A stretch of 64,000 nt of DNA from assembly GCA_046563655.1 (NCBI GenBank), contig CM102287.1, positions 8,804,001 through 8,868,000 of the forward strand, given 5' to 3'. The first letter of the stretch is position 1. Every line of letters starts with the position of its first letter. Source of the stretch: Yuukianura sp. NJ FZ-2021 (taxonomy: Eukaryota). The position numbers and the translations under genes are program-made. Of the stretch, positions 10,403 to 22,849 are shown piece after piece. Under the pieces are notes generated by a model. That model ran no database searches and was not told the DNA's origin. It was given only the letters and a program-made list of their open reading frames with translations.

Positions 10403-12272
10403 TCACTGAATTGGTGGAAGTTGGATACGCGGTGGCAAATACGGGTTCTGTCTTGTGTGACTTGATCTTTCACCAGGCAAAGCTGGAACGTATTGTGCCG
10501 CAACAGCAAGTAATTCTAAAACACATATAAAATACAATTGTTATATGATAGGTTTAAAATGTTAAGGATAACTATATGTTTTAACTATTATTAAAATAAG
10601 ACGAAATTAGGCAAACCATGGTATTGTGGCACGGGTTGCGGAACTGGAGAAAGTATTTCAATATGAAAGTGCACGGGGTTGAACCTAGTGTCCAGGAAAC
10701 CAATTCCTGTTGGGTCCATAGATTGTATGTCGCGAGGTAGAACGTCACTAGGTTGACTGTCGCTGGATTGAATGTCACTAGGTTCAATGTCGCTAGGTTG
10801 CACGTCACTGGGTCGAATGTCGCTGGATTCAATGTCGCTAGGTTGAATGGCTTCAGTCTGCTGCTGCTGCTGCACTGGTGGTGGCGGCGGGAATCCTTGA
10901 AACTGAAAATAATCGTGAGCTGGCGGCTGGGGCTGACTCTGCAGAAGAGATGGATAACCTTGGTAAAATGTTGGATTCTGATTGAACATGAACGGAAATT
11001 GACCGGATGCTGGAAACATCGTTTGTCTCTTTCTCCTTGACACTCGAGCCAGCAATTTGGATTCGTTCGGAAGTGCATTTTGTAGTGCATCCATGGTGAC
11101 AGCACTGTTCAGATGCAGCGGAATTGCGGTAGAGGTCAAGTTTGGAGTGACCCTGTTGACCTTCGACTTTTTTTTCCATTTCCGGTAAACCTTTCGTACC
11201 TTCGGTTTCAATTGTGTTCTACGCTGAATTTTGTCACTTCTTTTCCTCTTCACGTAAACCTTCCGTACGACTTTTCTGACCTTGACTTTTGCAGTACCGT
11301 TCTTTCCGCTTTTACTCTTTGAAAACTTTCGGTATACTCGTTTTTTTGGAGGCTGCGGTTTTTTGGTTATTGTGCTTGTTGGTGTAGCATTCAGTACTAA
11401 AAGAAGCAGGCAACCTAACTTTGTTATCATGTTTTCAATTGCTAGCTTTTAGAATTTGATAAATTAACGTTTAGAAACAATTCTTGAGCACGTACACGTT
11501 GGTGGAGTTGGTAAATCTGTTGTAGTGGTGACATTTCGTTTGTTGGAGTGATCTTGAGTGGTCAAGGTTTGATTAGCGGTAGTCGAATTCAGTAAACTCA
11601 AAACGCTTCTGCCTTTTGGCGTTTGCGTGCTGGGTGAATGTGTAGATGGCACGACGTTGACAGTCGTAACTTTCTTTTTGAATTTGCGTCTCACAACTTT
11701 CTTTTTACTAGGAGCGCTAGGGACAGCTACAATGGAATTTAAAACCAAGAAAAATAACTTAGTAGTTAATAATTTGGCGTTTTAGGTTAATTAATGAAGT
11801 TAATGTGCAATTTTATATGGATGCTGAAGTAACCTTGTGTTGTGGGAGTAGCCGTGGGATTCAGGATTAAATGAACATCTCGCTTTTCTGGAAATTTTTC
11901 GGGTGATTCGTCTAATTTATTGGAAGAAACTAAAATGATACAAAATGTTACCTAATGCAATTCGTCACGCCAAAAATTTAAAATCAAAGTTATTCAAAAT
12001 TTCAAATTAGTATAAAATTTCAATAAAAAATTACGCACGTTGGTAAATTGGCCTAATACTTTCTGGTTGCATTCCTCCATTTAGTACCAAGCCTTCAGCA
12101 AGGTTAGTCTTCACATATTTCCCTATAAAATTTTAAATTTATTAAGATTAGCTCACGAACTCGATAAAATTTAAACAGTAATTTACTTTAAAATTGTCAT
12201 TTTGAAATCTAGCATCTTACCTAAGATCAATTGTAAACACAAGCCACTCCAAAATTTCCAAAAGATATTCAT
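10403..12272 (-). CDS. Putative secreted low-complexity protein (Thr-rich, Lys/Arg-rich, PSD pentapeptide repeats, C-terminal YLPP); middle exon joins uncertain
   Basis: Candidate start MNIFWKFWSGLCLQLILG followed by a GT donor; ORFs 11464-11748 and 10591-11430 flanked by plausible splice sites; last exon ELLAVAAQYVPALPGERSSHTRQNPYLPPRIQLPPIQ* is in phase. Confidence 0.55.
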
Positions 12273-14065
12273 TTGCAGTTCCATTAAAGTCCTTTCGCAC
12301 TTGAACCTCGTACCAGTAGAAAAGTAATCGCTTGAAGTAAATCCTAATTCTGCGCCACATCATCAGTCATTCCAAGTCTACCGAATTCAATTGGTCAACT
12401 GACGTTAAAAAACTTTGTTTCAGAATCTAGACGCTCCAAATACCTAGCTTTAGAAAATAGGCAATCGTTTAAGGTCTATTGTTCTGCGAACATGTCCATT
12501 TCATTGTTGACGCTCCTAGGAAGTTTCTTTGTTTTAAAGTAAACAATAATTTATTATAGACTTCTTTGAAAGTCTATAACATCATCGCCAGAGCTGAATT
12601 TAAGTCGTGTTAAGTGTCAATTCAATTTAATTGCCATTTTACAACACAATACCCTCGTACGACAGTTTCCAATGTTATTTTAACCAAACGAAAATTTGCC
12701 ACGAATCAAAAAATTTTCTGCACGAAAAGCAACAAAAACCACCTTATTAAATGTAATAATTTTCTTTCCTTATTCATTAACAAAATCCAAAAATGAATGA
12801 TTTAAAAATTTTCAGCTAAATAAGAGCAATGAGCTCTTATCAAAGGTCAAGTGATGACCAAAATTTATTTGAAAAAATTGTCGAATTAGCCAAATTCTTA
12901 TTCTGCATAGTTGTATTCATCAAGATTTCGAGTCACAGCAGATTTAGTTTTTGGAAGTGTATTTAAATAACATTTTATAGCAGACTTTTCTCCTGGTTTA
13001 AAATTACTTTGTAAACAACCTACACAGCTACACAAAGGATTTTCCCGTTGTGTTTCCGAATCTTCTGCGTTTTTTAGACATGAGTCGTTTCCAATGGTCT
13101 GTTTCCATTGCACAATTTCTTTTTTCGGATCGTATTTTTTGAATCTTCGCTTGAACTTTTTTTCTTTCACAGGCTCATTGTTCTGCATAACGCAAATCTG
13201 ACCTCTGTCCTTAGAAAAAAGTGAAGGTTGTTAACACTATGTGAATCGCAACGCAAATGAGTGATTTTTTGAGATCAACAGCGTGAAAGCTGAACTGATG
13301 AATAGCAAAAGCTAAACACATGCATATTTATACACACAGAAAACTCATCTCGTAAGTTCAGAAAAATGCGTTGCAAAAACGACTTTGTTTTGCAGAGAAA
13401 AAAAAGTTGCGAAAACGAGTTTCATTCTTTCATTGGAGCTAAAAAACGTTGCGAAAATGACGTTTTGCCAAATTCGTTTTTTTTCTGTGAGTGAATGATG
13501 ACTCACTATGACGCTCTTCAAATGAGGATGTGGTTTTCCTTTTGTGTTTGCATTTGCAAAGAATTCACAACATTTGATATTTTTCACTTTTGATTTTTAT
13601 CACTTACTTGCAATTCTGGGAAAAAAATTATCAACGTAATTCAATTTGGCATTTGATGAAAAGATTAGATTCATAGTAGATTAGAAAATAGAAAAGAGAT
13701 ATTTCATCAAAATGTTGTTCAAAGCTGAGTATTTTCAGTTTTTTATTTAATTTTTCGTTTTGAGAGGATCAAAAATTTTCAACTGCGAACAATTTTTAAA
13801 TAACCGTTTTTCTAACTTCTAAGATAACTTTTAGTTGAAATGAATTTAAGATTGTTGAAATCACAATTTTTTTTTAGAAAAAGTTCTGGAAAGAATTTAT
13901 CCCAAAAATTTTACAATTCGACTGAACTTTGTTTTTCGTCTGCGTCCTTTGTGTTGTGTCTTTTCCTGTTTCTGTGTGCCACTGCACCAAGTATACCAAA
14001 ACCCTGCTTTTCAGTAATTTCTTAAATTGTAATTAAAATTTTGAGGTAATTAGATTTAGTTAAAG

Positions 14066-17000
14066 TTAATAATAAGATTCTCGAGGTCTTCGATCCGCCG
14101 CAGCAGCTCTACTACGTCTTGCATTTGCAAATGTAAGCGAATTAGTTGAAAATTCGGAATTTCGAAATCCTTGTTCCTGTGCTCCGTACGGTGGATTCAT
14201 TTCGTTTTGTGCGTAAAACACCGAAGAGTCAAAATGGAACCGGGTGAAAGCCGGAGCTTGTTGCTGCAGCGGAATTTCCAAAACAGGAAAAAACTGCGGC
14301 TCGATTGGAATAGCCGGAAAGCGTTCAGAAGATCTGCGTGTATCTTCTGCAGAAGTCCGGAATCGTTCCGAAGATCTCCGGGTTTCTTCCGCTGACGTCC
14401 GGAATCGTTCCGAAGATCTCCGAGTTTCTTCTGCCGACGACCGAAACCGTTCCGAAGATCTCCGAGTTTCTTCGTTCGGCACTCGATGTGCTTGTACTGG
14501 TGTTGGTCTTACAGGGCTTGGTTCAGTAAATGTTGGTCTTTGCGGAAGAGATATTGAACGGAGGATGGTGGGTTGATCAGGATTGAAAACGAATTGATCT
14601 GATTGGCGTCGGTGGAGCATGGCCCCACCATGGTGGGACCCATTTTGGTACGCATCGTGCAGAAGGAGACCTTGGTTGAGTGACACTGAGCGAACCATAC
14701 TCGCTTGTGACTGTGGACGTTGGTAGGCATGGGGTGGGGGCGGTGGTGGAGGTGGAATGGGAGATTCATTGTCTTCGGAAGAAACGTCGGGGGAAGAGCA
14801 GTTGCTATTTGGAATTTTGATTCCGAGGATTCCTGAAATTTCAAATTTTGAAACTTGAAATTTTGAAAAGATTTTTCTCAAAGTAGTTTTTAGTCATACC
14901 TGAAGACAGGATTAACGCTGCTGCTGCAATGTAAAACGAGTCTTTTTTGAGGAAGATGAAGATGGCAGTGGAAGCTAGAAGCGGAATGGCCATGATCCCT
15001 TGCAGAAGGCCCCAAATCCTCTCCCAGTGCTTGGTTCTCGTCAGCTCCATTCCCACTATCTTGAGTGTATAGAGATGAGCTCCTGAAAAAATTTCTAAAT
15101 TTTGAAAAAAATTTCAAAAAAAAAATCAAAAAAAAATTCGTTTTATATACCTAAAGCGATTCCGTAGGCCCAAGATGCAAGAGAATAAGCGTAGTAACCC
15201 TCCAGTGTAGATATGCTAAGAATCGACAATCCTGGAAATACAACAAGCGAATGCAGCTCCAGAATGTTGAGAAATTTTAAATTTTTTCAAAATTTCAATT
15301 TTTTTTTGAAAATGTTGACCTTTGCCCCTGACCTGTGAGTAGGGCAGTGATGGCAGCTCGTCTGCGTGGAAGGATTGACCACGTACTGTTTCTTTTGAGT
15401 GTAAGGATGGCTCCGAGGATCACGCCCAGTGACAGGCCTAGGCCCAAATGTGTTTGAAGCAGAAGCAAACTCCCGCCTGAAAGACCTTCTTCACGACTTA
15501 CTTCCAACTTTCAAAATTTTGAAAAAAGAATTATAAAAATTTGAATTTAAAAAAAAATTATGTAGGTTAGGTCATTACCAATAGAAAAAGAGGCATGAAG
15601 AGCCCTGGGCTTCCCACCGCAGTGGCCCAGAGAAGTGGCTTGATTTGCGGCACACAGAAAAGGTGAAGACTTTTGCAAAGCTGTCCACCAATTGGCAGTA
15701 AAAATTTCTGCAAAAACAGAATTTCGAAAGAAAAACCTCAGAAAGTTTCAAGTTTTTCGTAATAAACATAACCTGCCATAACATTGAAAGCATAACATAA
15801 CAATAGTCACAAGAAAAACGAAGCTTTCTTTATCAAAAGTGAAAGTGAAGCGTTGTTTCCCCAATAAACAAGGTTGCTACAGCGCTCATTTATACAAATG
15901 CGATAACAGGTTATGTCATATAACTCACTTTTTCAAAAAAATTAAAAAAAAAAAACAACTTTTGTACGAATATTTGCTTTATAATGCGCGAGGTCAGCAT
16001 ATCACAGAAAAAATTCAAAACAAACAATTTTTAATGAATAGAAGTTGTGGCATAACCAGTTAAGAAAAAATAAACAAAATTTAACCAACACCTTGCCCAA
16101 AAAACAAAGAGTTTAGCCTATAGTTGACAAAAAAACGTAATTTGACCTTGACCTACCTTAGGTTCGTGACCTTGTGACCTAGTGGAAGTTCGTTTTAGAG
16201 GGTGCGAAACAGGTCGGTAAAAAATTGGCAAAATGGCAGTGATGAGAGACAAGGCGCCCCCTATGATAAACCCATCTTCCCATTCTACGTGTCTGCCCAG
16301 GCTCAGAAATAGCAGTGAAAACAAAGTGAGTCCAACGCCAGTGCCGGCCATCACGACTTGCTCCACAAACTGACGCCTACGTCTGCCAAAATTTAAAAAA
16401 GTATTAGAAAACTTTTTTTTCTAGAACAAATTGTTCAAAAAACTTTTTCATCGAACAGCCTGTGCCTTCTTCTAATGAAAATTTTCAACTTTTTGAATTA
16501 AGAAAAAATTTTACCTAAAGTAGTGCCCTAGAAGAACATTTGAACTTTCCCGTACCAGACTAGAACCGATTCCACCCAAGACACCAAATCTTGAAAAATC
16601 AAATTTCATAAAAACTTTTTCAAACTTTTACAATTTTGATTTTCGAGGGATAATCAGATTATAGCTTACGTTAGAAAAATGTGATGGACTTGCGTTACGG
16701 ACGAAGTAAGAAAGAGACTCAAAGGGAATATACAGCCTCCAAGAATTGAAACGAGACGAGCCTGTCGTCTTTTACATAGGTTGACAACAAATGGTGCACA
16801 AATGTACGAAATTGAAACAGAGAATGGACCCAAACAACCTAAAATTTTAAAAATTTCAAGAAAATGCAAAATTTGATAATTTCAAGGTTTGTTAACTTTG
16901 ATTTTCTTTAACAGGTTGAGTAATACCTCATTGAGTAATGAGTTTCTTTTTTCATTTCATGGTATCGTAGTCATAATAACAATACAGCGGAATTTTTTAA

Positions 17001-19928
17001 ATTTTGCATACAAATTGATACCAATTTTTATTTTCATTTTTTTTGTCAACAAGCGAGGTAGTACTCAACCTGTTAAAGACAAATCATTTTTCGTTGTCAA
17101 GGAAGCTTGGATAATTTTGTCAAAATTTTGAGTTCCTTACGCCCTGCAATTTCACCTCCGACGATTTCTTTCATTCTGTTAGGCAAAACGGCTTGCAGTG
17201 CTCCACCGGACAGTTGGCAACCAGAGGTAGTCAAATGTGCAAGAAATGCACATGCGCAGACTATCCAGCCCCAACCGCCTTCTGCATAAATCCGACTGCC
17301 AATTCCTGATACTGGAGGTTCGCAGTCTTTGCGACTTCCAGTCGGAACCTAAAAGGCAATCCAAAATTTAGCAACCTGAAATTTGTGAAACAGAATTTTA
17401 AATTTTAGGGCCAAACTGACCGCAGTAATAATCCAAACCACTAAAAAGTCCACTACTTTTTACTTTTTCAAAAAACGACCGCTCAGGAGCTACCAGATTT
17501 CACATCAAAGGAAAAATCCTTCCTTTTCCTCAGTCCTGTCCACTAAAATTTTCATTCCCGCAAAATTTCCCAGCAGACACATCCACTTTTCTGCATTACG
17601 AAGCATTACGTGATACGTGAAACATAACATTACGTGATCCACCAAAACACATAACATTACGAACGGAACACGTACATTCGGTGTTCTCTGTTCTCCGAAT
17701 TATGTCCATGCATGTGTCACTATTTTACATGGAAAACGCATTTTGGGATTTTAGGTTATGCTTTTGGTGGTAGAGAGAAAGGTCCTTTGAAGTCTAACGG
17801 TGAAAGTGCGGGAAAAGATGAGCGTGGAAAGTGGAGCTGGGAGAAAATCAATGGAGGAGGCCAATATGTCCCATCATGAGAAAAGATCCGCATTCCGCAT
17901 CCAAAGTTTCAGATTACATCCGATGTTCAAAGGTTTTGAGAGAAAGAAGAGCGCGGCAAGGCTCAAATTCAAAAGTCCATTTCGTATCATAGATCTCAAA
18001 TTTGAGTCTCTGCTTACCCGTAAAACAGAAAAAAAGACAAGTTCTAAAATTTTCTGCTACTCAGCACAATCTCTCTCAACGTTTTGAAGAGAAAGGAGGC
18101 ACAGGCGATGATGATCAGCGGGTAAGATGAGCGTAAGGAATGACAGATTGAAAGCAGATGCTGATGCTGGATGCTGGATTCTGATGCTGGATGGTAATGA
18201 TGGATGCTGATGCTGGATGGTAATGCTGGATGCTGATGCTGGATGGTAATGCTGATGTATGGAGGAAAGAATGAAAAGATGAGATGATTACAGAGAAAGC
18301 AGACGGAGAAAGTAATTGAAAAGCAAAGGACTTTTTGTTTGAACTTTCACCCTAACCGAGCTTCCAACTTAAAATTTCATTTTAAACTAAGTTTTAGTTT
18401 TAGTCTAACTAAACTTTAATTTTTAGTCTGACTTAACTTTTTAGGAGGTTTTAAACCCCTTTGAGTTGTAAATTGAATTAGACTTTAATTTCTTTAGTCT
18501 TCCTAATACAATATCCGACCGGGCTCGGCTTTTTTTTTTGTTAAAAAAGTTTATTTTGACAGAAATTTGAAAGTTTAGGCTGCACGTTTCACGGAATTTT
18601 AAAACCCGAATTTCTTAGACTTTGGATTTGAAAAGTTTCTTTTTAACTTTTTGTTTTTTTCGGAGTGTCAGTTTTTCGCGAATTTCCATTCTCAGTTTTT
18701 AGTTTTGGAGTGAATGTTGCTTTTGTCACTTTCCAGACTCTCAAATGAACTAAACTTTAACTTTTTTCTTTTAACTTTTTTCTTTTAGTGAAAAATAAAC
18801 TTTTCTTTTTAGTCGTTACAACATTCTGTTTGCTTTTAAAACGCGCCCGCTCAACTTCTTTTCAGAAAAAAGTTCGGTTTTCAGTTTTTTCTTTTTCTTG
18901 TCCTAAAATTTTACGGTGTAAAAACTTGTTTAAAGTCTGTAATTTCGTGGTGAAAATTGCCACTCCTCTTTTTTTATAAGTTCACCAATTTTACAACTCA
19001 ACTTCGAACATCGAATGAACTTGGAACACAAAATTTAACACACCGCTCCTAACGAGAGCTATAAAAAAGTAATTAAACAAAATTTTCAAACAAATTGAAA
19101 AAAAAGTCTAACTTACTAAAAAGCTAAAAGTAAAACAATAACAACTCGCCTTACTCTGCACTTCTGTAGACAAAATTAGAAAAATTTCCAAACTTTTTTC
19201 TCCCCTTGATCATTATTTACAAATTTACACTAATTTGAAACAGTTTGCAACTTTCACTTTACTTTCTCTTTTTTTGCTCTAAAGTTCATCATGCCCGTCT
19301 AATGACTTTTTTTCCTGTTAAATGATGACGATGATTAATTGATGAGCTGAACACTTTTTTGTCTACTTTTAGCCTTTGTGTTAACTTAAGCATTTCTTCG
19401 GCTCTACTAGATTCTCCAAATCTTCAGTCTAAATTTACTAATCCCTCGCTCTTCTTTTCTAATTTATGCTACTACATTTCCGTTAAGCCCTCGCATTTTT
19501 CTTTTTCAAATCGTTTTTTGGCACACTATTTTTTTCCACTCTAACTTTCACTCCAAAAGACTAACTTTTGCTCAAAAGACTAAAACTCTTTGTGTTTTTG
19601 TTCTAGGAGACAGAAATAACACTTCTGCTCGACAGCTCTTCACATTTGAAACAATTTTCCAATCGATCTCATCTTTTCTCTGTCTGTTCTTTTGTTTCCT
19701 TTTTACTACTCTCGTAAACCAAGTACTAAAAGAGCCCATTTCTTCCAGGAAATAATCCAGCCTACTTCCTAGAAAAGTAATTGAAGTAATAACCTAACTT
19801 AGCCATAAGGCTAGCTTAGTCTAAAGTGAAAGCACAGAGTGCCTTACCTGAGAAAATGGAAGAATTAATTTAAATGGACCGCCGCTTGCACCACCTCCAC
19901 CGCCAATGCTCCCGTCTACTCTTCGCAT
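14066..19928 (-). CDS. MFS transporter of the monocarboxylate (SLC16/MCT) family with long disordered C-tail; first exon (19928-19848) tentative
   Basis: Exon ~17349-17141 gives IYAEGGWGWIVCACAF (MCT PDGGWGW motif); successive TM-rich exons at 16.8, 16.5, 16.3, 15.6, 15.4, 15.2 and 15.0 kb. Confidence 0.78.
14318..14477 (-). repeat. Coding 42-bp tandem repeat (EETRRSSERFRTSA x ~4)
   Basis: Seen in the translation of ORF 14066-14881. Confidence 0.85.
15869..16095 (+). mobile_element. MITE family B copy (CAAGGTTG...CCTTG)
   Basis: Left end CAAGGTTGCTACAGCGCTCATTTATACAAATGCGATAACAGGTTATG matches 25888 and the reverse complement of 33338-33388; degenerate 8-bp TSD (6/8). Confidence 0.7.
16883..17109 (-). 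mobile_element. MITE family A copy, reverse orientation, perfect TSD GATAATTT
   Basis: CAAGGTTTGTTAAC...TGTCAAGGAAGCTTG; GATAATTT at 16875-16882 and 17110-17117. Confidence 0.8.
18157..18257. repeat. Degenerate ~26-bp minisatellite (GGATGCTGATGCTGGATGGTAATGCT)
   Basis: About 3-4 units read directly; lies in the putative first intron of the MCT gene. Confidence 0.8.
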
Positions 19929-21974
19929 TTCCTCACTTGACGTCCACTTTTTGAGCGTTTCCCACAAGTAGAGAAGAAAGACCATCGTCTTCCCCCTTAG
20001 TAAGCCCAATGACCCATTTCCAAATTTTACGTCGACCGAAATAGAAATATGTGGCTACTCGGAGGGAAAGTTCAAAAGGAAAAAAGAGCGGGAGATTTTG
20101 AAACCCTTCCCTCGTCCTCGACAGGACGAGAATGAGAGTAAATGCGGTGCTTTCTCCGAGAGAAAGTCTTGATGCTGAAAGTTCTTGCGAAACTTCCAAC
20201 ACGGAAAACCTAAGTAGAAATGGAAAAATAGGAAAGGCTAAGAACGGAAGAAAGCGGCAGGGATGCTCCCGCATGGACGGAATTCCGGGCCACTCATGGA
20301 CGGAATTTCTATAACCGTCGAATTGATGGACGGTTTCTTAGCAACAAATAAATTAGGGTCTTACCAACGCCTGCTCAGTTGACGTAACTTTTGCGAACCG
20401 AGAGATTAAAGACGGAATTCTTTTGAGCATCTACGCTTGTGGAGGAAATTTTTAAATCAGCTGTTTTTACAGTTACTCCTTTTGGACGGATACTTCGCGC
20501 TGCTTGTTTTTGTACGGACGCCACCTAATCGGACTTTAATCAAGCAAAATTTCCAAAAATGCAAACCAGCTAAATTCCGTTTAGAACATATGCAACGGTC
20601 CTTGAAATTCCGTACACGATAGTCCTGTAACTGCTCATGGACCAGGAAGCTTGGAGCCCAGGAGCTCTCCTGCTGGAAAAGTGAAAGTGATAGTAGACGA
20701 ACCTTGCGCTTTTGCCTTTCCCTGGGAATTTATTGGACTTTTGCTGCTTTTCGCTGGGTTGTTGAGGTCCTTTCAGTTCCAGTCCGCCGTATCCGTTCCG
20801 CCCTGTCTAACTTTCCTACTTCAACATTCCTCCGAGAGTCGAGGCTGGAACAAGTGCGAATTGGACCGTGTAGCATATTTCTCTAAAAATTTCTTGTTTC
20901 TACAACTTCTGCTTTTCTATTTACCTAGTTAGAGGGCAAGAGTAGAAGTCTTGACTAATGCAAATCTGAGTGGCTCTTACAAAACTTTCCTTTCTGATCT
21001 TTCAAAAACTTACGAGTGTCTCGAGGGACTGCTACAAAAAGTTTCCCCAAAAACGGAAGTTTTTCAGAATGGAAAAACAAAAACATTTTAACATTTTTGG
21101 GAGATGAGATCAAGCACTATAGGTTTTGCACAAATGGAAATAAATGTCGGAAACAAAAAGAGGCTTTTACTTTCAGCGGAAAGAGAAAGAATAAAAACGT
21201 TTTTGCACTTTTCAAAAACGAAATTTCAAAAACAAACAGCTTGAATCGAGGTCAGGAGAATCCAAAGTTGACAGATCTAGGTAACTGGAACGCAGAGTAC
21301 CAAATCGAAAATCTTCTAAAACTTTTTCGTATTGCAAATTTTTAAAAACTTTTTGAAGTGCTAGAACGTGATCGAATACAAAAGAAGCATTGAGTGTTTA
21401 TTGGGCCACATTTTTTGAATGTTTCCTCAAAACCTCTTTTGAAAATGCCGCCTTTCACTTTGGGGTGAAAGTTGAAGTTGCGGAGGAATGCTTATAGTGA
21501 TTGGCACATGTCGAGTGAGATTGGGTGATTTGCCAAGAGCTTCATCAATAAAGCACTTGGGATTCATTCTTCTGATCTGCTCAAAGTGAAAGTAAAGAAG
21601 ATTGGATGGGCTTTTCCAAAAAATAAATTAGGTGTTGATGTTCCCGCCTTTCTTTGGCGGCTAAGGTTCAAAACTTATGGCGGTTACTGTCCATAACGCC
21701 AAACGGAATAACACGGTTTACGATCAAAACGTATCACGGTTTGGCTTCTTTTTGGCAACTGACTTCCACTGTGAAACTATAAACGAGTGAATCTGATTGA
21801 TGATCTTTTCCCTCGATAAGAAAGTTGAAGCACGTACGCCATTACTCTAGTTGTCAAGAACACATCAGAAGGAGAACGTTTACCGTAAATTTCCAAATAG
21901 AACCCACAGAAACGAATTTCTTAGGTTAATAACATTACCTATAACCATTTGTCGACCGGGGAGGTACGCAGAGT

Positions 21975-22209
21975 CAAGGTTCCTTGACAACCAAATTGTA
22001 TTTCCTACAACAGGTTGTCCAATAACTCAGGATTTCCAAAACCTTACTTCCAACAAAATTCTGCACCAATTCCTATTACAATTACATACAAATCATTACC
22101 ATAGAAAGACTTGACGGAGCAAATTTGGCAAATTATTTAACAAAATTATAAATGCCAAGTTATTGGACAACCTGGTGTAGAAAAAGTTTTTGTTTGTTAA
22201 CAAACCTTG
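21975..22209 (+). mobile_element. MITE family A copy
   Basis: CAAGGTTCCTTGACAA...CAAACCTTG; flanks CGCAGAGT / TGCAGATT. Confidence 0.85.
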
Positions 22210-22849
22210 TGCAGATTGGTATTAGGAACGGGGGTACTATTCGGAGATTTACGGTAAAATATATGGTGTCCTTAATCATACGATTTCTGCACCATATCAA
22301 AATATATTGAATAAGAGAAAGCAATTTCCTACTTTCATCCCCTGTCTTCACACAGCTCTATCAACAAAACTCCTTTTTCTTGAAAAACGAAGAAAAAAGA
22401 AGATCAAGTTGTCACTTTTTGACACCAAAAAGTCATGACTCTGACAAATTAAATTTCTTTGCATTTTGACTCTGACTCGTTAAATCAGTTGCGTTCTCAT
22501 CCACTCTATTCTGACAAATTCGTCAACTTCTACTAAAAAAAAGTGGAAAAAAAAACTTTTTTCTTTTTCTTTTCTGGTCAAAAAAGTTCTATTTCTTTGT
22601 AGTGCTCTTGTACCCCGCTTTTTGAAAGTTGGAAATTGAAAAGCATTGTGATTTTATCTGATTTCTTTTCGGAAAAGCGGAAATGCTTTTAACCCTTCCT
22701 CATTTTGTGGTTAGAAGTTCATCCTTTTTAGCATTTTTTCTGTCCAGAAAAAAATGAGGTTTCCGCCTCACCAGTTTTATTGAAATTCCGTCCAAATCAG
22801 TTTTGACTTTTCGAACAAAAAAAGTTTAAAACAAAGATTGAAGCCGAAC

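Noticed and set aside
11397..11430. Apparent signal peptide MITKLGCLLLLVLN as the start of a separate gene
   Set aside because: It overlaps a pyrimidine tract and acceptor (CTTCTTTTAG), so it is more likely intron sequence of the larger gene; not fully excluded.
12898..13188. 96-aa Lys-rich ORF with CxCxxC
   Set aside because: No recognisable domain or paralog; cannot be supported as a gene from sequence alone.
17400..22800. Many 60-113 aa ORFs between the MCT and Duox genes
   Set aside because: Low-complexity Phe/Lys/Leu-biased translations of AT-rich DNA with no motifs; treated as intronic or intergenic, apart from the tentative MCT first exon.
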